NCBI GenBank assembly: GCA_027623195.1
Contig: JAQBUT010000027.1
Coordinates: 1-36,872, forward strand
Direction: 5' to 3'
From: Chloroflexota bacterium
Lineage (GTDB): Bacteria > Chloroflexota > Dehalococcoidia > Lucifugimonadales > JADFKI01
DNA: 36,872 nt
Below, piece by piece: positions 19,060 to 27,376 of the stretch (its first letter is position 1; each line of letters opens with the position of its first letter). The notes beneath the pieces were generated by a model. That model did not search any database. It was given only the letters and a program-made list of their open reading frames with translations, and was not told the origin of the DNA. Made by a program: the position numbers and the translations under genes.

Positions 19060-19518
19060 ATGCCGCTCGTAGGCGTAATCTTGGGAAGCAGTTCCGACCG
19101 ACCGGTGATTGACGAAACGGTTAGCGTCCTGGAACAGATGGGCATAGACCATGAGGTTGTTGTAGCCTCGGCTCACCGCGCGCCGGATAAGGTCCGCGAT
19201 TGGGCCACCAGCGCCCGCGACAGAGGAATCGAAGTCGTCATAGCCGCAGCAGGTGGCTCGGCGGGATTGCCGGGCGTAGTCGCGTCGTGGACAACTCTGC
19301 CTGTTATTGGCATTCCGCTGACGTCCAGCGATCTGAACGGCGTCGACTCCCTTTATGCCATCGCGCAGATGCCGCCGGGCATTCCAGTCGCATGCGTCGC
19401 CATAGGATCATGGGGCGCTCGTAACTCGGCATTCCTCGCCGCGCAGATATTGGGCATCAAACACGACGGCATTCGCAAAGCCTACGACGACTACCGCGAG
19501 GGTCTCAGAAACCGCTAA
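19060..19518 (+). CDS. purE: N5-CAIR mutase / AIR carboxylase PurE
   Basis: GSSSD, SAHRAP, PVIGIP and QMPPGIPVA. GAGGAGG RBS. Confidence 0.97.
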   Translation: MPLVGVILGSSSDRPVIDETVSVLEQMGIDHEVVVASAHRAPDKVRDWATSARDRGIEVVIAAAGGSAGLPGVVASWTTLPVIGIPLTSSDLNGVDSLYAIAQMPPGIPVACVAIGSWGARNSAFLAAQILGIKHDGIRKAYDDYREGLRNR

Positions 19519-19575
19519 CGTAGATTTTCAACTGTCTACTCAGTCATCCCACAAACTCTTAAGGACAATAATTCC

Positions 19576-20451
19576 ATGACAACAATTAACGAGACCAATC
19601 TTCCGGACATGCTCTACCACGGGAAGGTGCGCGACACCTACGGTCTTGGCGACGACCAGCTTCTCATGATAGCCACGGATCGTATATCGGCATTTGATGT
19701 CGTACTCCCTACGGGAATACCAGAAAAGGGCGCGGTGCTCTCTCAGATATCCGCCTTCTGGTTCAAAAAGACGAGCCACATTATCCCCAATCACTTCATC
19801 GCACTGGCAACGGACAGGCCGGACCTGGACATTTCACCTGAATTGGCCCGACGGTCTATGGTGGTGAAGCGCGCAGATCGAATCGACGTAGAGTGCATCG
19901 TTCGTGGATTGATAACGGGGTCCGCCTGGTCGGAGTATCGGCGGAGTGGCACCGTTTCAGGCCAACCTATGCCTGCGGGATTAGTTGAGGGTGACAGGTT
20001 TCCCGAACCAATATTTACTCCCACAACCAAGGCTGATGAAGGCCACGACGAGTCCATAACCATTGAGGAGATGGAGGAAATGGTAGGCAAGGACTTGACC
20101 GGGCGTCTCGCTGAGGTTTCCATCGCCCTCTACAGCTACGCCAGGGATTTCGCGTCGGAACGGGGCATCATCATCGCGGACACCAAGTTCGAGTTTGGCA
20201 CTGTGAAAGGCGAGCTAACGCTGATAGACGAGGTTCTGACGCCCGACTCCAGTCGCTTCTGGGACGCCTCGGGGTACGCACCCGGCAAGTCTCTGCCCAA
20301 CTATGACAAGCAGTTCGTCCGGGACTGGCTGGACGCGCAGGGATGGGACCATGAGCCGCCTGCACCTGAGCTTCCATCGGACGTGGTAGAAAAGACACAT
20401 CAGCGCTATCTTGAGGCCTACAAGAAGTTGACAGGGGAAGACCTGGCCTAG
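19576..20451 (+). CDS. purC: SAICAR synthetase
   Basis: GKVRD, TDRISAFD, FTPTTKA, DTKFEFG and DEVLTPDSSRFW. Confidence 0.99.
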   Translation: MTTINETNLPDMLYHGKVRDTYGLGDDQLLMIATDRISAFDVVLPTGIPEKGAVLSQISAFWFKKTSHIIPNHFIALATDRPDLDISPELARRSMVVKRADRIDVECIVRGLITGSAWSEYRRSGTVSGQPMPAGLVEGDRFPEPIFTPTTKADEGHDESITIEEMEEMVGKDLTGRLAEVSIALYSYARDFASERGIIIADTKFEFGTVKGELTLIDEVLTPDSSRFWDASGYAPGKSLPNYDKQFVRDWLDAQGWDHEPPAPELPSDVVEKTHQRYLEAYKKLTGEDLA

Positions 20452-20494
20452 AGAATGATTGTAAGAACTTAAATCAGCTTTTCAGAGGGAATTA

Positions 20495-21157
20495 ATGGCC
20501 ACAGCCAATCCTAATCGTTCGGCCGGTCGACCAACTCCCAGCCAGGCGAGAGCGGCCCGACGTGCGCGTAGAAATAAACGCAAGCGCTGGATACGATACG
20601 GGGGTGCGACAGCAATCGCCGCCGTGTCTTTGTTATTCATAGTAGGCCTGTTTTTGCCCGGCGTTTCACTTGGAGAGGGCGGTGGTGGTGGCGGAATATT
20701 CGGCGGAGGCCCTCCGGACGGCCCTGGGGAGAGAATCGAGAGCGCTGGCGCTGGCCACATTTCCCAGGGAGCGGCCCATACTCCATACACCTCCGTTCCG
20801 GCCACATCCGGACAGCACTACGCCGCTCCGTTAGCGCCCGTCCGCTGGGGGGTTCATGACGACGCTCTTTTGCCCGAAGAGTACGTTCATAACCTGGAGC
20901 ACGGCGGCATAGCCATATTTTATGACTGCCCCGACGACTGCGACACCATTAAGGCGCAGATAACCGAAGTCGTTGAGGAGGCGGTGAAGAACGGCGGCAA
21001 AGTGCTTATGGCTCCTCACGCGGACACCGGCGCTACCATTACCCTCGCAGCGTGGACATTCATGGACCAGTTCGAGGCCTTTGATGAAGACAGGATTCGC
21101 GCTTTCGTGAACTCCCACGAAAGCTCTGCAAACGCGCCTGAACCCTTCGCGCGCTAG
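20495..21157 (+). CDS. DUF3105-like membrane-anchored protein
   Basis: Basic N-terminus plus one TM segment; PATSGQHY, VHNLEHG and AAW motifs. Confidence 0.85.
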   Translation: MATANPNRSAGRPTPSQARAARRARRNKRKRWIRYGGATAIAAVSLLFIVGLFLPGVSLGEGGGGGGIFGGGPPDGPGERIESAGAGHISQGAAHTPYTSVPATSGQHYAAPLAPVRWGVHDDALLPEEYVHNLEHGGIAIFYDCPDDCDTIKAQITEVVEEAVKNGGKVLMAPHADTGATITLAAWTFMDQFEAFDEDRIRAFVNSHESSANAPEPFAR

Positions 21158-21160
21158 TCG

Positions 21161-21418
21161 ATGTACCTGGCAAAGGTTTTCATACAGCTAAAGCCCACCG
21201 TAAACGATCCGCAGGGCCAGACCATTCAGGGGGGACTGCGCCAGTTGGGCTTCGAATCTGTAGAAAGCGTGCGGGCGGGCAAGTACATGGAGATAAGGCT
21301 GGACGAGCCGGCTGAGACGGTCGCATCTGAGAAGGTACGCGAGATGTGCGAGAAGCTGCTAGCCAACCCCATAATAGAGGACTACCAGTTCGAGCTAGAG
21401 CTTCTTCCAACAGACTAG
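21161..21418 (+). CDS. purS: FGAM synthetase subunit PurS
   Basis: LKPTVNDPQG, VRAGK and LLANPIIEDY. Confidence 0.97.
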   Translation: MYLAKVFIQLKPTVNDPQGQTIQGGLRQLGFESVESVRAGKYMEIRLDEPAETVASEKVREMCEKLLANPIIEDYQFELELLPTD

Positions 21419-21454
21419 TTCAACCAGAGGTCCCAGGTTGAGTTTTCCGCTGCC

Positions 21455-22051
21455 CTAACCTATGGTTCCTTTTGTGCTGGGTATATCCCCGGCGCGACGT
21501 GCATCCAGCGTTAGTGCAGCCCTCAGGGACCTGGCCAGGGCCTTAAATATAGCCTCAGCCTTGTGGTGATTGTTCGCCCCCGCCAGCACCTTGACGTGCA
21601 AGTTGAATCCACCCTCGCGAGAGAGCGTCTCCAGAAAGTGCGTTACCAGGCTAGCGGGCATGTCGCCCATGTCGCTATCGGTGAGGTTGGCGTCGATTAC
21701 CGCGTAACCTCTGCCGGAATAGTCCACAACCACCAGGGCCAACGCCTCGTCCAGTGGGACGTAGGTGTGCGCCATTCTGGTGATGCCTGCGCCGTCTCCG
21801 ACGGCTTCCTTTAACGCTCGCCCAAGAACGATGCCAGTGTCCTCCACGGTGTGGTGCCAGCCCACGTGGGTGTCGCCTTTGGCCGTAACGTTGAGGTCGA
21901 TCAACCCGTGGCGTGAAAGCTGAGCAAGCATGTGGTCGAACATGCCGTTGCCGGTGTCAATTTTGTAACTGCCTTCGCCATCAAGGTTAACTTCTACGGA
22001 GATCTGGGTCTCCCCTGTCTCCCGCGACATCTTAGACGTGCGCTTGGCCAA
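21455..22051 (-). CDS. hisB: Imidazoleglycerol-phosphate dehydratase (monofunctional)
   Basis: RETGET, DHML, HHTVED, PLDEA and NNHHKAEA. 198 aa, with no HAD phosphatase domain. Confidence 0.98.
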   Translation of the reverse strand: MAKRTSKMSRETGETQISVEVNLDGEGSYKIDTGNGMFDHMLAQLSRHGLIDLNVTAKGDTHVGWHHTVEDTGIVLGRALKEAVGDGAGITRMAHTYVPLDEALALVVVDYSGRGYAVIDANLTDSDMGDMPASLVTHFLETLSREGGFNLHVKVLAGANNHHKAEAIFKALARSLRAALTLDARRAGDIPSTKGTIG

Positions 22052-22162
22052 TTTTCACTCCGTTTTTGGTTTTTGGGCTTTTGAGATCGAGGCCATAGGC
22101 CACCAGTTGGCCACAGCTTACAACCTTGTCTGAACCATGATAAAGCCTGCGTTATCTCTTAT

Positions 22163-23245
22163 TTAAACCACTTCTCTCAGGGCCGATATGAAGGCGTCAG
22201 TTTCTGCCGGGGTGCCTATCGCGACTCTAAAGCAGTCCTTAAGGCGCTGCGAACTGTAGTCGCGCACAAAGATTCCTCGTGACGCAAGCTGCTTGAATAT
22301 CTCCTGCGCTTTGCCGGGGGCGAACTGGCACAAGATGTAGTTGCCATACGAAGGCCAAGGCGTGACACCGGGCATCTCGTTAAGTAAGTCCTTCAGGCGG
22401 TCTCGTTCGTCCACTATCTTCCGAACGTTCTTCAGCAGCGCCGGGGCGTCCTCGATTGACGCAACAAGGGCGGCCTCAGCGGCAACGTTGACGCTGTAAG
22501 GCGGCTTGATGTCGATGATGTGTTTGACCAGCTTCGGGTTCATGATACCGTAACCCACCCGCAGACCGGCCAGGCCTGCCCACTTGCTCATCGTGCGTAG
22601 TATTACCAGGTTTTCATACTCGTCCACCAGGTGGCTGACAGTCTGGTTACAGAACTCGAAATACGCCTCGTCCACTACTACTATCAGACCTGTGTCCAGC
22701 AACTCACGAACGTTCGCCTCGGACGCCAGGTTTCCGGTCGGGTTATTCGGGGACGTGACGAAAATAATCTTCGTCCTGTCGTCGATTGCCCGCTTTGCGG
22801 CCTCCACATCCAGGTCGAATAGCTCGTCACGGGGTACGAACTCAACTACGCCGCCAGCGATTCTGGCGCAGAAGCTATACATGCCAAAGGTCGGCTCGAA
22901 GTCCAACATCTTATCGCCGGGATTCATGAACAGCCGAAAAAGCAGATCAATCAGCTCGTCGGCCCCAGCGCCCACGATGATGGAATCGAAGCTAGCCCCT
23001 GTGTAATCGCTAAGGGCCTGCCGTATCTTTCGCTGCAGCGGGTCGGGGTAGATATGTAATGGAGTGTTGGCAACGGCCGCTATGGCCTTCGGAGAGCCAC
23101 CGTACGGGTTCTCGTTACCGTTAAGCTTAACGATCTGATCCTCGGGAATACCTGCCTGCTTAGCCAAAAGCTCGGGCGGGTCCACAGGGTCATACGTTTG
23201 CACTTTCGCCAGGTGCGGCCTAATGAATTTATCTATATCTACCAA
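22163..23245 (-). CDS. hisC: Histidinol-phosphate aminotransferase
   Basis: KLNGNENPY, PNNPTG, DEAY and RTMSKWAGLAGLRVGY. Confidence 0.97.
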   Translation of the reverse strand: MVDIDKFIRPHLAKVQTYDPVDPPELLAKQAGIPEDQIVKLNGNENPYGGSPKAIAAVANTPLHIYPDPLQRKIRQALSDYTGASFDSIIVGAGADELIDLLFRLFMNPGDKMLDFEPTFGMYSFCARIAGGVVEFVPRDELFDLDVEAAKRAIDDRTKIIFVTSPNNPTGNLASEANVRELLDTGLIVVVDEAYFEFCNQTVSHLVDEYENLVILRTMSKWAGLAGLRVGYGIMNPKLVKHIIDIKPPYSVNVAAEAALVASIEDAPALLKNVRKIVDERDRLKDLLNEMPGVTPWPSYGNYILCQFAPGKAQEIFKQLASRGIFVRDYSSQRLKDCFRVAIGTPAETDAFISALREVV

Positions 23246-23306
23246 CGCTATTTCCCTTTAGCAAATGTGAAAATAAGGGCATGCCGTTTCGCCGAAACAA
23301 TCAAAG

Positions 23307-24104
23307 TCAGTTGACCTTCAAATGGGCATCGCCCAAACCCTCTATGGAGATGGTTGCGGTATCCCCGGAACCCAACGGCGTAGGCGGAATGATGCTGCCA
23401 GTTATAACAATGAATCCCGCCGGTATGCTCTCGCCTCTGGCGGCAAGGTTGTTAGCCAGCCAGACCAGCGCCTCCAGTGGATGACCCATAACGTCGGAGC
23501 CGTGCCCCTCGCCAACCTGTGTGCCATTGATACTCATGGTGCCTCGGGAGGCCGCCAGGTCTATGCCTTGCCAGTCCTTGACCTCTGTCCCCAGCACTGC
23601 GCCTCCGCCTGAAATGTTGGTCACGATTGATGACACGGCCAAGTCAGCGCCCTCAGGCGCGCCCGCAGGGCGCATGTCCACGATCTCAAATGCCGTCATT
23701 AACGATTCGATATGAGGGGCGATACTTTCGCGGGTATAAGGGGCCCCTGCCGCTGGGACTTCGGAGGCCAGGCGAACCCCGACCTCACACTCGATAGCCA
23801 GCTTCAAGTAGTCGGAACCCTTTAGCTCTGCAGGAGCACTGGATATGGTGCTGGCGAATATGAGGCCCGCGCATGGGTCACTAATGCCCCTGGCCTCACG
23901 CATGATGGCGCTGGTATAGGCGATTTTGTAGCCGCCTAGCTTTCCCTTGGTCTGGGAGAGCCGGTCGATGTAATTCCGTTGCACCAGGTAGGCTTCTTCC
24001 TGCGTCGTCGGTGCGAAATCTTGCATCATAAGGTCTAGCAACCCACGGCTCAGGTAGGCCTCTGCCTGGTACTGCCCGGCCTTCTCGAATTTGCCGTCTG
24101 ACAT
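23307..24104 (-). CDS. FAH-superfamily hydratase/decarboxylase (2-keto-4-pentenoate hydratase-like)
   Basis: GYKIAYTS, IECEVG, FEIVD, MGHPLEALVWLAN and VITGS. Start is GTG 24110 or ATG 24104. Confidence 0.88.
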   Translation of the reverse strand: MSDGKFEKAGQYQAEAYLSRGLLDLMMQDFAPTTQEEAYLVQRNYIDRLSQTKGKLGGYKIAYTSAIMREARGISDPCAGLIFASTISSAPAELKGSDYLKLAIECEVGVRLASEVPAAGAPYTRESIAPHIESLMTAFEIVDMRPAGAPEGADLAVSSIVTNISGGGAVLGTEVKDWQGIDLAASRGTMSINGTQVGEGHGSDVMGHPLEALVWLANNLAARGESIPAGFIVITGSIIPPTPLGSGDTATISIEGLGDAHLKVN

Positions 24105-24205
24105 GGACACCTCTCAGCTCGTCAGCGGCTCGTTTGGCCGCCTCAAAGGGTTTTCATTCTAGGCCAAAAGAATAACACAAATCGTCTGTTTACTGGGAAG
24201 TGAAC

Positions 24206-25600
24206 TTAAGGAAGATGGGGCGAAGTCGGACAGCAATATGCGGGGGGGCTCGGCTTGGGTCGAAGGCGAAAAAATTGACCTCTAAGCTCGTCCCGTATTT
24301 CCGCCGCCTCGGCGTGGGCAGTAAGACCCTCGGCCCGTCCTATCACAGACGCTGCCTTGGATATCTCCGTGGAGGTAGCGTCACTTACAGCCACGATGGG
24401 GCTTATCTTCAGGAAGGAGTGCACGCCAAGGCCGGAGTTAAATCTGGCGGTACCGGCTGTAGGCATTACGTGGCTGGGTCCAGCAACGTAGTCGCCCAGC
24501 ACTTCGTGGGAAAACTCGCCAAGGAACACCGCGCCGGCGTTTCGCACGGAGCCCAGGTAGTCCCACGGATTGTCCATCATAAGACACATATGCTCAGGCC
24601 CGAAGGCGTTGGCCAACTCCAGAGCCTCGTCCATATCGGCCACGACGGCAATACATCCTTGGAGTTCCGTAGATGCCTTGGCGATGGCGCCTCTGTCCAG
24701 CCTCTCCAGGCGCGACTGAACCTCTTTGTTCACCTCTTCGGCCAGCCGTATTGAATTGGTTATCAAAACCGGCTTGGCGAGAACGTCGTGCTCGGCCTGG
24801 GCTAAAAGGTCCACAGCGCACAGGGTCGGATTTGATGTCTCGTCGGCTATCACGACAGTTTCCGTGGGACCGTACAGGCCATCTATGCCAACCTCGCCGT
24901 ACACCTGCTTCTTGGCGAGCGTCACGAAAATATTTCCCGGACCGCAGATCGTGTCAACGCGAGGAACCGACTGGGTGCCGTATGCCATTGCGGCGATTGC
25001 CTGAGCGCCACCAATACGAAATATGCGGTCCACCCCCGCAATATCCGCAGCCACCAGTACCGCCGGACTAGGCATCTCGCCGCCCCTGGTGGGGGTGCAA
25101 ACGATGACCTCCTCTACGCCCGCGACCCTGGCGGGAATAGCTGTCATGAGTACAGTGGAGGGGTAAAGCGCGGTGCCGCCTGGCACATATGCACCGGCGC
25201 TTCGGACCGCATTTACGATCTGCCCGTAGCCTTCTTTGAAGTCCGTCCACCCCTTGGGCATGCAGGCTTCGTGAAAATTCCGGATGCGTTGAGCGGCAAC
25301 GATCAGGGCTTCAACAAGCTCTTCAGAGACCTGGTCATATGCAGCCTTGATCGCGGAGGGCGGCACTTCCATGTCTTCGATATCGGAGCCATCAAGCTTG
25401 CTGGTCAGGTCTCGGACGGCGGCGTCGCCCTCATTCCGGACCCTGTCCAGAATATGCCGGACAACTTCAGCGGGAGTCATGGGGCTGCCGAAGACCTTCT
25501 GTATTCCCTCCTGAATATGGGGGGGAACGTTGTCGAGATTGAGGCCCCTGCCTGTGAGCAAAAACTCTTTTGCCTGATCAAGTCCCTGGATTATCTTCAC
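24206..25600 (-). CDS. hisD: Histidinol dehydrogenase
   Basis: YVPGG, GGAQAIAAMAYG, GPGN, QAEHD, PEH, GDYVAGPSHVMPT and EGLTAH. Confidence 0.98.
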   Translation of the reverse strand: MKIIQGLDQAKEFLLTGRGLNLDNVPPHIQEGIQKVFGSPMTPAEVVRHILDRVRNEGDAAVRDLTSKLDGSDIEDMEVPPSAIKAAYDQVSEELVEALIVAAQRIRNFHEACMPKGWTDFKEGYGQIVNAVRSAGAYVPGGTALYPSTVLMTAIPARVAGVEEVIVCTPTRGGEMPSPAVLVAADIAGVDRIFRIGGAQAIAAMAYGTQSVPRVDTICGPGNIFVTLAKKQVYGEVGIDGLYGPTETVVIADETSNPTLCAVDLLAQAEHDVLAKPVLITNSIRLAEEVNKEVQSRLERLDRGAIAKASTELQGCIAVVADMDEALELANAFGPEHMCLMMDNPWDYLGSVRNAGAVFLGEFSHEVLGDYVAGPSHVMPTAGTARFNSGLGVHSFLKISPIVAVSDATSTEISKAASVIGRAEGLTAHAEAAEIRDELRGQFFRLRPKPSPPAYCCPTSPHLP

Positions 25601-26343
25601 GGCAGGTAATCCCGAACGGCGCTGGTGAGGGAATCAAGGGCCGTCTCGTGGTACTCCTGAAGCCTCTCGTTAGGCACCAGTTCGTAAAGCCTCTCCAATC
25701 CAGCAGAGGCGTCGTTCACAAACTCTTCCGCGAGGATGTGAGCAGGGTGTGATTCGTCTCCCGAGGCGATTCGGCGGGCCATGAAACGCAGCCTCTCCCA
25801 GGAGAATCCTCGATCCAGGTTTTTCCCCACCCATTGTGACCAGTCTTCCAATGTGTCGCTGGGGATGAATCCTACGTCAATAGGCTCTGTCGGCGTGTCC
25901 AAAAGCAGACGCATGGAACCCACCAAGTCCCAACAACGCCTGTCCATTTCAAGCTGCATGGCTCTGTCCATGACCAGTCCAACGGTCCCGTCTTGAAACA
26001 CGTCCCTATTGCCAAAGTAAGGGCGGAACATGTTCGCAATCCAAGTCTCGTCTGCCATGAGGTGAGTCAGGTACCCAGCCATAAAGGCCTGAGTCTGCTC
26101 GCTATGGTCGGAGGCATCCTCCAGATGAGGATGCGAGTGAAACAGACCACGCATGCCGGTGCCAATCTCTTCGAAATCCAATTGCGCAAAGTGGTACACA
26201 GACCTATCCACCCGCGTGATTACGCGAATGTCGGGTGATGTGGAGCCGAGAAGGTAATGGCCCATGTTGGCGTCCAGCACCTCGTGGCCAAGCCTTTCAG
26301 CGACCTGCCGGGCCAAATTCATGTGGACGGGTGGATTGGGCAA
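25597..26343 (-). CDS. Zinc-dependent phospholipase C family protein
   Basis: MPNPPVH, LLGSTSPD, YHF and GYLTHLMAD motifs. TTG start with GAGGT RBS; stop overlaps the hisD start (GTGA). Confidence 0.8.
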   Translation of the reverse strand: MPNPPVHMNLARQVAERLGHEVLDANMGHYLLGSTSPDIRVITRVDRSVYHFAQLDFEEIGTGMRGLFHSHPHLEDASDHSEQTQAFMAGYLTHLMADETWIANMFRPYFGNRDVFQDGTVGLVMDRAMQLEMDRRCWDLVGSMRLLLDTPTEPIDVGFIPSDTLEDWSQWVGKNLDRGFSWERLRFMARRIASGDESHPAHILAEEFVNDASAGLERLYELVPNERLQEYHETALDSLTSAVRDYLP

Positions 26344-26380
26344 ATGAGACCTCTAATACAACGGGGTGGAATGCAAGGAA

Positions 26381-27376
26381 TTATACGAGGCGTTCGTGCG
26401 CTTTGCATTCGGAATGAAATACATAGTTGGGATGCGAAACCGTAACGCTGCTGCCGCCCAGCTTTCGCAGACTGCTAACAGCTCCAAGAAGCTTATCTTG
26501 CTCCACGATGACAGTCACGGCAAACCAGCTCTGGCCGTCCGAAGTGTAAACCTTGGATATTGTGGGCCCCCTGAGGCCTGATATATCCGTCTGCTCCAGA
26601 ATGTACTTGGCTACATCTCCGGGCGTTTCGCCCCTCATGTTGGCTGTGACGCTGAAGTAGTTTCTAGATTTAAGGTAGGCCTCGATCACGTCCACCAGGG
26701 ACTTGGCAATGTCCAACTTGCCTTCGTGCTCCCTAAGTAACCGCTTGTTACCTATGACGCATGCCTTGGAGACTATTATAGAGCCTCCCGCGATAGTCTT
26801 GAGGCGGTTCTCCCGCATGGTCGTGCCGCTTTCGGAAACGTCCACGATTATGTCTGCGAAGCCCATGGCGGGTGCGGCCTCCAGAGTGCCGCTGGAATGC
26901 ACCAACGAGAAGAAATTCACACCGTTACTAAGGAGAAAGCGCTCAACCAACCTGGGATACTTTGTCACGATCCGCAAATCGCCGCCGTTTTGCCGAAACT
27001 CCATGGATAGATCGGCAAGGTCAGCCAGAGAGGTCACGTCAACCCAGGAGTCCGGAACACCAATAACCAGTTGGCACTGACCGAAGCCAAGGTCATCGAT
27101 AATGACGTTGGTGTCGCCGCCCTCCCGGCGCATCTCCAGATATCGGTCCAAGCCAACTACGCCAATATCGGCGCTGCCTTCCTCAACCTTGGGCGTAATG
27201 TCTGCGCCTCGCTGAAAGAGCACATTGACGCCAGGCAAAGCGGGTATGCCCGCAGTGTACCGACGCAGATTGCTCCTTGATACGCCAATCCCGCACGAGC
27301 GCAGAAAGGACTGGGTTGGCTCGTAAAGAGCGCCGTCACTGGGAATGGCCAGTCGCAGATTGCCGTTAGAGTCCAT
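26381..27376 (-). CDS. hisG: ATP phosphoribosyltransferase, long form
   Basis: LRLAIP, TKYP, GTLEAAP, ADIIVDVSESGTTMRENRL, plus C-terminal regulatory domain (GLRGPTIS). 331 aa. Confidence 0.97.
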   Translation of the reverse strand: MDSNGNLRLAIPSDGALYEPTQSFLRSCGIGVSRSNLRRYTAGIPALPGVNVLFQRGADITPKVEEGSADIGVVGLDRYLEMRREGGDTNVIIDDLGFGQCQLVIGVPDSWVDVTSLADLADLSMEFRQNGGDLRIVTKYPRLVERFLLSNGVNFFSLVHSSGTLEAAPAMGFADIIVDVSESGTTMRENRLKTIAGGSIIVSKACVIGNKRLLREHEGKLDIAKSLVDVIEAYLKSRNYFSVTANMRGETPGDVAKYILEQTDISGLRGPTISKVYTSDGQSWFAVTVIVEQDKLLGAVSSLRKLGGSSVTVSHPNYVFHSECKAHERLV

